From assembly GCA_905178155.1 (NCBI GenBank), contig CAJINV010000014.1, positions 1,291,858-1,355,857 of the forward strand: 64,000 nucleotides of DNA, in the 5' to 3' direction. Position 1 is the first letter of the stretch. Each line of letters starts with the position of its first letter. The position numbers were made by a program, and so were the translations under genes. Shown one piece after another: positions 11,001 through 18,822 of the stretch. The notes beneath the pieces are model-generated. The model had not been told where the DNA came from. It made no database searches and worked only from the letters and a program-made list of their open reading frames with translations. This DNA comes from Amoebophrya sp. A120 (lineage: Eukaryota; Protista; Dinoflagellata).

Positions 11001-14000
11001 ACAGGATAAGGACGACGCGGCGAGCGGAATCTATCCGATCGCGCATCTCCTGCAGCGAGCAAAACTTCCACTTCGTATCAAAGACGCAGAAGGCGTGCCC
11101 GAGGACGCAGAAATCCAGCAATTGTTGCTGTCCGAGGACGAGAACAACGAAACATCACTCCTGGTCCACGCGTACATCGCGAATAACGACGACGCACAGG
11201 CATTCGCGAGACTGCAGGAGCACGAAAAACTGACGGTGTGGAAGCTCAACTACGACGATTCGCGCAAAGCTATCTCTGACCACTTCGAGGTAAAACCAGT
11301 CGACGTCCGCCTGATTATGTTCGCGGGCAGCCTCAACCTCTGCTTCAAAATAAAACCGCAAGCGAAAAAAGACGGAGGAAAAGGCACAAACATGAACGAG
11401 TGGATCAAGCGGCTCAACCAAATGCGGAATTGCAAGATCGTCGCGAAGCTTAGTGATATCAAATCCTCGCAGAGCCAGCTGCAGGCGCTTGACGATGGGC
11501 AGGAATTAGACGCGCTGAAAAGCGATGCCGAGCATGACTACAAACTCGCGCACATGGTGCTGAAACGAAAACCCAACCAAGAGGACCTGTCGCCGGATTT
11601 CGTGGAGATGCTCCAGCAGGTAGACGAGAAATTGAAGGACGCCCGCTCCAGAAACAAGAGTCACGGCGGCAATTTTTCTCTTGCAAAATGGAAGGCGCAG
11701 GGACTAGAAAGCATGCTGTCGCTGATCAACGTCGTGCACGCCCAGGCTACGGGGGAAATCGAGCTGGATTATAAAAAGGCCTTCGAATACATCGGTCAAA
11801 AGTGGCAAGAGAGATTCGAAGTCCCGCTGGATGGAACTGCTGTCGCGAAACTCCGCAAACAGGTCGTCTTCGAGCACAAGCCACCGGCAAATGCGGCCGT
11901 GATCGACATCCAGTCGTGGATAGAACAGCATGAGCACAGGCTGACGCGGATGATCGAATATTGCATCGGTTCGAAGCAGCAGGTCCCAAACCTCGACGCT
12001 ACGCCAGACCGAGACTCCACCGCGCAGGAATTGAACAACCTGTACCACGAAGTGTTGCAACAATTCCGCACCGAGTTCGACAACAGCATGATGTCGCACA
12101 AGCCAACGCCGCTCCCACCAAACAAGCACACGCCGCGCATCGTGCTAACCGCCTACAAGGAAATCGTAATCTATAAAGTCCAGCTTGCCCGCCAAACAGC
12201 AGTTCTCTCTCCTGGTGAAAAAACTTCTCCGCCAGGTGGAGGTGCAGCAAACGGCGGCCGAGGTGGTGCAGGAAACACAAGCAACCCCGATGCTACTGTG
12301 AAGAAAGCTGCAGCTGCAGAGCGAAGGGCGGCCGCGCTACGAGAAAAAGAGGAGGCTGCTCGGAAACTCCAGGAGCAGCAACATCTCGATGCAGCAAACG
12401 CCGCTGCGGCAGCCGCAAGACAACAGAACGCAGAGGTGCCCGTGTGGACGATCAAGTGCAAGGGAGTAGGTCACGTTGCACAGGAGTGCAAGAAAAATCT
12501 GGAGATCCAGAAAGAGGGCAGCAAATACACAATCATCCTCAACACCACCGAGCTTTGCAAAACCTGCAACGGGAAGCACGCGCTGTTCAAGAGGCTGGTT
12601 GGAAACCCAAACGCACCGCTAATCGCAATGACGTGCCCAAAAGACCTCGCTGCGCTCCCAGATTCGCATTACAACAAACTTAAAAAAGAAGGTAAAGTCG
12701 ATGATAATACCGTTTGCGGAATGAGCATACAGCTTTGTAAAAACGATGCTGGAGAACTTGTCAAGTACAATCCAAAAGGAAAAGGAAAGGGCGGTTCCAG
12801 CAGCGATAAGAACTGGCGAAGCAACAGTAAGCAGACGGACGACGGCAAAGCAGACGGAGGACGAAGACCGCCCCCTGCGGGTGCTGCTGCTGCTGCTGCT
12901 GCTGCTGCTGCGGCGGCAGGCGGGGCTGCGCAAGCTGCAAAAGCGACCGCGAAAAAAGCTGCTGCGCCGGCCCAAGGAGAAACTATCATCGGCGTTCCGA
13001 AGATGATGCCGGCACCGAGGCGCGCTGCGGCGCTGCGAAGCTGCACTGTGTCGGATGACGGCGTCTTCCCAGCGAAGCGGGTGAAGAAAATGACCAGCGA
13101 TACGACGCCAGAAGGGCACTTCGTCCAATTCGAGATTGGCAATAGCGGCCGCAAGTACTGGTGCCAAATAGATACCGGTGACGACTTCGGCAACATCATC
13201 GACCCGGAACAGTACGAAGATTTGTTGAAGAACCATGAAGCGGAAATCGAAGAGGGATTTGTTGAGTTGGGTAAAGACTGCAGCCTCGCTGCGGGGCAAT
13301 TCGCCCCGTCTGCCCAACGCCTCCGGTTCTCGAAGTCAGTGCATGTAACAATGACAATCCGCGACAAAAATAATCCCGAATTGTTTATGATGCACAAAGC
13401 GCTGTACTTGGTTTCTGAAATTCCAATAGGACAACCTTTCGCGCTTTCTTTGCAAACCGCGCAAGCCATGAATCTGGTCCCGAAGGAAATTCAAATCCCC
13501 GTCGATGACGGCACCGGTAACAAGCTGTTGATCACACCGCAACAGGGAAAAGCCGCGTCCTCGCTTCACCTTTCAAACATCCGGAAGTTGAAAAAACCGT
13601 GCCAACAGTCCTACGAGCAGGTCGATCCGGAAACAGTGCTGACCTACGCGCCGAAACCGTACCTCGAACCAATCGAAGTCATGGACATCGAATTGGAAGT
13701 CCCAAGAGAAAAAGCGGTGGGTTACGGCTATTTTGCTGTTGCACCGACAAAACAGCTCGAGAAACGGCAAGTTTGGTTCACACCGGTGGTGGCGCCTCAA
13801 ATCATCCCAGGCAACGCAGGCACAAAACAGCAGCGGAGAGTGGTGTTGAATTTGCAGATCGAAAGCCTCGACGTCCGTGCAGCAATGCTTGACGAAGGGG
13901 AGGTGAAGGTAACAATCGCGACGGGCCCGGCGCGGCAAGCAGTGGTGAGCCGCGAGCTCGTGAAAAAACATCTGGCAGAGGACATGCCGGTGCTTCTCGA

Positions 14001-14547
14001 CGAAGAAGTCTGTGATAAGTGGATGCGAAAGCTGTCGAGCACGGAGCTAGAGGAAGACCTCAAGCACATTCGCACTTCGAAATTCCACGCGAAGCAGGCC
14101 TCGCTCGAGACCCGGGATGAGGATGCTATTGTAGCCCTGCAAGAGGAAATCCGCAAAGCGCGGGAGGAGGAGGAATCAGGTGAACCGCTCGCGAAAGTCA
14201 CCCACGACCACTACATCCGAACTTGCAGCGAGGAACTCTCCAAAGAAACAACTCATCGTCTTGCCGTTTCAGCATCACACATCCTCGCGACGCACCAACC
14301 CGGCGAACCACAGCCAGTCTTGAAGGGCTGCATCGCAAAGTGGACTATGGGCCCGAACGAGGAAGCTGCAGCTGCCCGTCCGATTGAGCTCAACCGCTAC
14401 AACGAAATCGCCATGGATTATCACGTGGAGGAAGCAATTCGATCCGACAAGGACGAACCTTACGGCTGGCAGCAAATCAATGGTCCTGCGGGGCCGCCGC
14501 GCATCATCTCTCCTGGGTTTCTGGTGAAACACGTGAAGAAAGACTAG
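8068..14547 (+). CDS. gag-pro: Gag-like polyprotein with aspartic protease and the N-terminal part of RT
   Basis: Long predicted coiled coil (~8400-9970). Degenerate zinc knuckle CKGVGHVAQEC (12457-12489) plus CKTCNGKH. Protease motif CQIDTGDDFGNII (DTG 13171-13179). RT entry motifs RPIELN...IISPGFLVKHVKKD end at an in-frame TAG (14545-14547). Confidence 0.85.
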   Translation: MNDTTGTPASPAMSSMEEALDDLQEAEQKTAAAGEQQQQEIGLVVRATEGEITVSAGGEPQTPVLFTSLSSNVSMPDAESGNRLQPPRGANTEINFSLSSITNESFLAELLALCEKNRDEMTTKIGSVAANCENGIAGLHRRLELQHSGTRGEIATLQNRDSMLDNKIQDFKGELLQNHVTQITAVEKIQADFSALEQNFGAIIGQHLKQQLLAVLANDPQFHALHIMVNKPQAMEMVQEAISRSYKLAELFGKLEDRVNIQVLVALQQVPQVRDLVSSVCELVLKNEANQKAIQATAQAVAQDVADAASDNLIMYKQQIEFQVDGQATKQEQTQQDQILIDQQIRSLAEDRQNLAGRVEKTEEAIVLLQHAATINAENPPAAHNTQSANSEISALFPDMTLATRMEKLERRLQTDDEFAQRLCKLEISSAIKPLQESLEKLQLQPPQQQASLQVEPLASTDAETTSKLDGVFEQKQHEINDFFVDKKKIFVDEMQKSKAEIESFFAGKKKEVDDARDNLAELRASLQEKLDKLGGEDVVSRQLLLEEKWKQLDHKLHESQVSLQTKLEQLNETKEQHQDDLRDAKLNINLHNSQLQILTDLLQTKAPNRRENDNRTVSDRLVELEDAVQEWNEAAERHSFFDEAEYLTCPQAAPATVGTQSERISTTIQNNPGQAAAAQVFDISTPAKAGEIRGQDPLSQQQALMSPEQKEYARNLSAAQPRCSAEADRDPPAIRTSYHPPVQSSTLQAANICDAIMSQKKTPASVNSQRGAFAAGFGAAAPPQGAHYAPRFSSSSAASSEMHYYSEQNFNFGNSPPARAMPAPRESNPYTETAQNREAAFSFFAQQNQQQGAYAYPQQNEQQQYQIANLPTGSWASHDFAGANLPSLRQQQSGAFFEKTLSRRGSAESDVGDSASVVASIAGVSATASSASASSKLVSAVGDGVGQTEYFAAELVPRNERAWRSRFGGTAKILATEQDKDDAASGIYPIAHLLQRAKLPLRIKDAEGVPEDAEIQQLLLSEDENNETSLLVHAYIANNDDAQAFARLQEHEKLTVWKLNYDDSRKAISDHFEVKPVDVRLIMFAGSLNLCFKIKPQAKKDGGKGTNMNEWIKRLNQMRNCKIVAKLSDIKSSQSQLQALDDGQELDALKSDAEHDYKLAHMVLKRKPNQEDLSPDFVEMLQQVDEKLKDARSRNKSHGGNFSLAKWKAQGLESMLSLINVVHAQATGEIELDYKKAFEYIGQKWQERFEVPLDGTAVAKLRKQVVFEHKPPANAAVIDIQSWIEQHEHRLTRMIEYCIGSKQQVPNLDATPDRDSTAQELNNLYHEVLQQFRTEFDNSMMSHKPTPLPPNKHTPRIVLTAYKEIVIYKVQLARQTAVLSPGEKTSPPGGGAANGGRGGAGNTSNPDATVKKAAAAERRAAALREKEEAARKLQEQQHLDAANAAAAAARQQNAEVPVWTIKCKGVGHVAQECKKNLEIQKEGSKYTIILNTTELCKTCNGKHALFKRLVGNPNAPLIAMTCPKDLAALPDSHYNKLKKEGKVDDNTVCGMSIQLCKNDAGELVKYNPKGKGKGGSSSDKNWRSNSKQTDDGKADGGRRPPPAGAAAAAAAAAAAAGGAAQAAKATAKKAAAPAQGETIIGVPKMMPAPRRAAALRSCTVSDDGVFPAKRVKKMTSDTTPEGHFVQFEIGNSGRKYWCQIDTGDDFGNIIDPEQYEDLLKNHEAEIEEGFVELGKDCSLAAGQFAPSAQRLRFSKSVHVTMTIRDKNNPELFMMHKALYLVSEIPIGQPFALSLQTAQAMNLVPKEIQIPVDDGTGNKLLITPQQGKAASSLHLSNIRKLKKPCQQSYEQVDPETVLTYAPKPYLEPIEVMDIELEVPREKAVGYGYFAVAPTKQLEKRQVWFTPVVAPQIIPGNAGTKQQRRVVLNLQIESLDVRAAMLDEGEVKVTIATGPARQAVVSRELVKKHLAEDMPVLLDEEVCDKWMRKLSSTELEEDLKHIRTSKFHAKQASLETRDEDAIVALQEEIRKAREEEESGEPLAKVTHDHYIRTCSEELSKETTHRLAVSASHILATHQPGEPQPVLKGCIAKWTMGPNEEAAAARPIELNRYNEIAMDYHVEEAIRSDKDEPYGWQQINGPAGPPRIISPGFLVKHVKKD

Positions 14548-17500
14548 ACCACAGGAAAAATGAAGCCAGTCCGCCGCAAGCGCATTGCGATCAACTACCA
14601 GCTGCACAACGTAAAAGCCAGGGGGTGTGCGTGGGTCCCAGTGCAAAATAGAAACCTCTTCTACAAAAGCCGGAAGTTTAAATTCGTGCGCGACGCGTTC
14701 TTCGGGTTCAGCACGCTGCGAATCAGCTACAAAACGTCGGCGCTCGCTGCGTGGTCAACAGGATTACGAAGACGTCCTGTCATGCGACCAAAACGGTGTG
14801 GGCTAGGGCCGAAGCAGAACCCAAACAACTTCTCAATGCGAAGCGAGACAGCGTTCGGGTGGCAGCAAAACGCGAAAGGAGAATATAGCACCCACGTGTT
14901 CATGGACGATGTGAAAAACAGCGGCGACGATATTCAAACCGAAGTCGCGGGAGCAGTCTTTGCATCAAAAGAAAATGACCACTACCCGGTGCTGCTGTGC
15001 GACAGAGAAGACTGGGAAATTGATTCGGAACCGGACGCCGAGTCGGAAGAAGAAGCCGTGGACTCCGGGCTTCCGCTGGATCCGAAAATGCACGCGAAAT
15101 TCCGCCAGGAACCGGAGGAGGTGATGGCGCGTAACGCTGCGGAGCTGAAATTCGACCGCGAGGTTATGCGCAACACTTGCAACCGCAGCCGGTTGTATAA
15201 CACCGGCTTCGAAAATATCAACGACCAGTCGACTGTGCTGCCGCGTGAAAAAATCGCCACCCCTGCTTGCATGCAAGAGACCGATCGCGGAAAGATTGAA
15301 GCCCACACAATTGATGCTTTCGCTACTCTTGCATGGCAAACTGCCTTCGAGCAGGACTGGAAAAAAATAATCGCGATTATCACGACTGATCTTGATGGAA
15401 ATGTGTTGCACGCAGCGCTCCAGACCGAATCCGGTATCACGCTTGAAGCCGCGATCGCGCCTGTTAGCGGTGCAAACAACAGACCGCGCGACACGATTAC
15501 CACATGGATTTTTTCGGACGCGAAAACCGCCGAAAAGTACCTCCACCTGCACCGGAAAGTGTGGTACGAAAACGACGTAGTCGATGCGGACGCCCGGATC
15601 AACGCGCAGGCCAAACTCTGCGGTTTTGCTTTTAGCATTGCAAAACTCCAGCCTGCGTCTCTGACTGTCAAGTGGCTAGGGGAAATTGTGCATTCCGACG
15701 GCGGTACCGGGATCAACCCGGAGCAAATAGAGAAGCTTCGCGAACTTGCAAAGGAGGCTTCGAAGGACGCGGTAACGGCAGTAGTGCACATCTCGAGCTG
15801 GGAGGGAGTGAGAAACTACATCTACAACCACGCCGAAGCGGTGCTGCCGCTCCGCCCGTATCTGCTCCCAAAAAACAATCCCAAGCACAAGCCCATCGCC
15901 CTCTTCAAAACCGACGTCGCAGCACATGATGCACTAGTCAAAGTAGCAAAAAAGGCAGACCCGAAGCTACGAAAGTATCCTATAGACTGGCAAACAATCC
16001 TCTACTTCGTCGGGTTTGGCGACGCGTCGAAAATTAAGTGGAGCGTGAGCCTGTGGGGCTCGTACGAAGAAGAACCAAAAATGCGGCTGCACGACAACGC
16101 GGATCAGATGTGGCGCACGGAGCTAAGCTGGCCAGCAAAAACTAGAGAGCTCCGCTGCATGAAGAATTTCTTCAAGTACCTGTACCCGCTGACGGAAGGT
16201 GTAAATCTCGTCTACTGTCACGACCACCTGTCAAACAGCCCAGAACAGCTCCTCTCCTCCCTTGACGGCGTAAACGTCGATGAAGTAGTCAAACGCGACA
16301 TCCACTTCCTCAAGCCATTTCTCGCTACGACGTGGTTCCTCCACCTGGGCGGAACCGCTCTCCGCTTTCCGGATGGCAGAAGCCGCTTCTATGACCTCGA
16401 AGACTTCAACCTGCAAAAAATCGTCCCAAAAGAAGCGTGCGACATCGCGAAAGTGGCGTTGTTTTGGCTTCTGAATCCAACCGCACGGGAAGATCCAGAA
16501 TGGAAAGCGAAGTTCATTCAAATGGGTAAGGAGCTGGCAGAAATGGTGGATGACGACCAAGCCTTCGAAGATGAAGCCGAGATGGAAGGTAAAATTTCAG
16601 CGGTGCGAAAACTTGGCGCGCCGCAATGCGAAGACGCAGGGCTGCAAACCGCGCTCCTGTGTGTGGACCCCGAAGGACCAGATGCACATGTCGCCACAAT
16701 CGGCAGGGTCCGCAGCTTGTGTTGGGCAAACACCACCCACGCCTGTGTGCGGGCGGCGAAGAACGAAAAGAAGCAAAAAACCAGTAGCAGTTCTAGCAGC
16801 GCCGGCGCCCAGAAGCCGAAGGAGGAGGAAAGCAAAATCAAGCCCACCTACGGCGGACGCGGCAGGGTGGACTGGGAAGAAATTTTCGATGAACCGACAG
16901 CGGTGATTCGCCCAAAGCGCCTCTACACCAAGCGCGACGTGCAGGTCAAGTCGGGGCATGAGTACTTCAACTATGTGCTTGATGTGGAAGTCACGCAGGG
17001 CGGAAAAACAGAAAAGATCACGCGCTGGTTCGGCCGGAATAAGTTCAAGAAGCTCGACAAAAATCTATCCGACGAGCAGGCTACAAAAATGGCTTACGAG
17101 GAGGCGCTTGCGTTTTTGCGGAAAGCCGTTGGCTTGCGGTGGGCAGAGGAGCAGAAGCAGCTCGAGCACGGATACCACGGGGACGTAAACCATAACTTCA
17201 TTATCCTCGATCCGATTGCAAGCGAAACGAACAACCCGGTCCCGCAATTCGCAAACGACTTCACCTGCCGCAATGTGATGTTCAAAGACCAAAACTACTG
17301 CGACAACTACCTGATTCTGCGCGAAGCAGTCAACTGCACTTACGCACGCTGCAGGGGTCACGGCGACGTCGTGCTGCACAAGCCCTCAGAAAACGACGAC
17401 TTTACGCCGCTGCACGATGTTGGCGTCCCTGTGGAAAGCGAGTTGAAGTGGACAACAGCAAATAAAGAGCTCCATGAAAAAGTTGCTCTTCCGCTCCTGC

Positions 17501-18822
17501 AGCGCTGGTTTGGTAAACAGGCCGCAGACGGCGATGACATTCCCTCCGGAGACTCCAAGCCCGACGGGGAGAAAGCCGTGCCGCCGCTGCCACAGGAAAA
17601 TCTGATTCCGCGCGAGGAGGGAGTACAAGCCAGTCCCGCTGCTGTGCAACAGCAGGCTGCCGCAAACGAGCCTGCGCAGCCTAAGCCGCATGAAGAACCC
17701 GCTGCACCTGCGCCACAGGAAAAACGGCAACCCGACGCCGTGGCACAGGTCGAGGACCTTGCGCAGGAAGAGCAGGCAGAAAGCGATACTCCGGCAGATA
17801 AAATTTACAAGTACAATTACCGCGGACACCGTGTCCCGGACGAGTTTGTTTTCAAAACAGCAACCGAGGGGCAGAAATATTCCGACCCGTTCCCACCGAT
17901 GAAGACGAAAAACACCTTCTTTGTCGCAGGGATAAACGCCGGCTCGGATGACCTGCACTTTGGCGGCGCAGGCTTGAACAAACGCTTCCAGGAGGTCCTC
18001 GGTGATAAGAAAACCAGCACCCTCTGGGACGTCGCTGCGCAGAAAAAATTCCACATCGAGCTCGAGAAAAAGCTGCTCGCGCAACCAGGTGAAGTGTTCT
18101 CCTGCGACGACAAGGAATTCCTCGAAAAATTCAGCAAGCGGTTTGCGGTCGGGATTGCAACAGGAGGTAAATCGCGAACAGCAACAGTCTTCCTGTCTGC
18201 AGAAAAATCAGACCGGTTCCGCGTCATGGTCTACGCCGTTGGCCCACGCGGAGAAATTTGCTCGAAAGAAAGCTTCTTGGCAGGAATACGGCTTACGACA
18301 AAGCAGATTGTGAACGTAATCCACCACTATAACGACTACGCGCAGCGGAAGATCAAAACAGTACGGATGCCACTTTTGTCGGGCGGGCTCTACCGCAAAC
18401 CGCGAACCAGCCCGGCGAAAATAGCAGATGCGATTCTGGAAACGTTCCTTGAAGAGTACAGCAAAATTGAAAAGAAAAACCGCTTCACCGTCGAGTTCGC
18501 CATCGCAGAAAATGCGTTCTCCGAGGCCTATCGTGAAAACAGGGAGATCATCGTCAGCAAGAACGCCAAGTCGGTGTGTTCTCTTGGCGCAGGCGCGGTC
18601 CGTGCGGCAAGCAAAAAGAAAAAGAAACCGCTGCTACCGGACTTTGACCTCGACTTTGGCGATGAAATCGACCTCAGTCTCTTCCCCGTCGAAAGCAACC
18701 TGCAGCAGGACGAGGAAATAGAAGCGGGCGGCCATACGCTACAGGAACACTTGAACCGCTCATCTACGAAGCGGTCGACACCGAGCAGGAAAGAATACTA
18801 CGATCGCTGCCCGAGATGTTAA
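14548..18822 (+). CDS. pol: Pol: RT, RNase H, AP2-like domain and Macro domain (same frame as gag-pro, after the TAG)
   Basis: RT motifs RIAINYQLHN, FVRDAFFGF, CGLGPKQNPNNF, FMDD (14899-14910) and VKWLGEIV. Ty3-type RNase H motifs GDAS (16021), TRELRC, HDH and PDGRSR (~16386). Macro motifs INAGS-GGAGLN, YAVGP and MPLLSGGLY (~17917-18537). Confidence 0.9.
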   Translation, partial: TTGKMKPVRRKRIAINYQLHNVKARGCAWVPVQNRNLFYKSRKFKFVRDAFFGFSTLRISYKTSALAAWSTGLRRRPVMRPKRCGLGPKQNPNNFSMRSETAFGWQQNAKGEYSTHVFMDDVKNSGDDIQTEVAGAVFASKENDHYPVLLCDREDWEIDSEPDAESEEEAVDSGLPLDPKMHAKFRQEPEEVMARNAAELKFDREVMRNTCNRSRLYNTGFENINDQSTVLPREKIATPACMQETDRGKIEAHTIDAFATLAWQTAFEQDWKKIIAIITTDLDGNVLHAALQTESGITLEAAIAPVSGANNRPRDTITTWIFSDAKTAEKYLHLHRKVWYENDVVDADARINAQAKLCGFAFSIAKLQPASLTVKWLGEIVHSDGGTGINPEQIEKLRELAKEASKDAVTAVVHISSWEGVRNYIYNHAEAVLPLRPYLLPKNNPKHKPIALFKTDVAAHDALVKVAKKADPKLRKYPIDWQTILYFVGFGDASKIKWSVSLWGSYEEEPKMRLHDNADQMWRTELSWPAKTRELRCMKNFFKYLYPLTEGVNLVYCHDHLSNSPEQLLSSLDGVNVDEVVKRDIHFLKPFLATTWFLHLGGTALRFPDGRSRFYDLEDFNLQKIVPKEACDIAKVALFWLLNPTAREDPEWKAKFIQMGKELAEMVDDDQAFEDEAEMEGKISAVRKLGAPQCEDAGLQTALLCVDPEGPDAHVATIGRVRSLCWANTTHACVRAAKNEKKQKTSSSSSSAGAQKPKEEESKIKPTYGGRGRVDWEEIFDEPTAVIRPKRLYTKRDVQVKSGHEYFNYVLDVEVTQGGKTEKITRWFGRNKFKKLDKNLSDEQATKMAYEEALAFLRKAVGLRWAEEQKQLEHGYHGDVNHNFIILDPIASETNNPVPQFANDFTCRNVMFKDQNYCDNYLILREAVNCTYARCRGHGDVVLHKPSENDDFTPLHDVGVPVESELKWTTANKELHEKVALPLLQRWFGKQAADGDDIPSGDSKPDGEKAVPPLPQENLIPREEGVQASPAAVQQQAAANEPAQPKPHEEPAAPAPQEKRQPDAVAQVEDLAQEEQAESDTPADKIYKYNYRGHRVPDEFVFKTATEGQKYSDPFPPMKTKNTFFVAGINAGSDDLHFGGAGLNKRFQEVLGDKKTSTLWDVAAQKKFHIELEKKLLAQPGEVFSCDDKEFLEKFSKRFAVGIATGGKSRTATVFLSAEKSDRFRVMVYAVGPRGEICSKESFLAGIRLTTKQIVNVIHHYNDYAQRKIKTVRMPLLSGGLYRKPRTSPAKIADAILETFLEEYSKIEKKNRFTVEFAIAENAFSEAYRENREIIVSKNAKSVCSLGAGAVRAASKKKKKPLLPDFDLDFGDEIDLSLFPVESNLQQDEEIEAGGHTLQEHLNRSSTKRSTPSRKEYYDRCPRC

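Noticed and set aside
14932-15570. Intein in the RT
   Set aside because: No N-terminal Cys/Ser block and no His-Asn-[CST] C-terminal motif at plausible boundaries.
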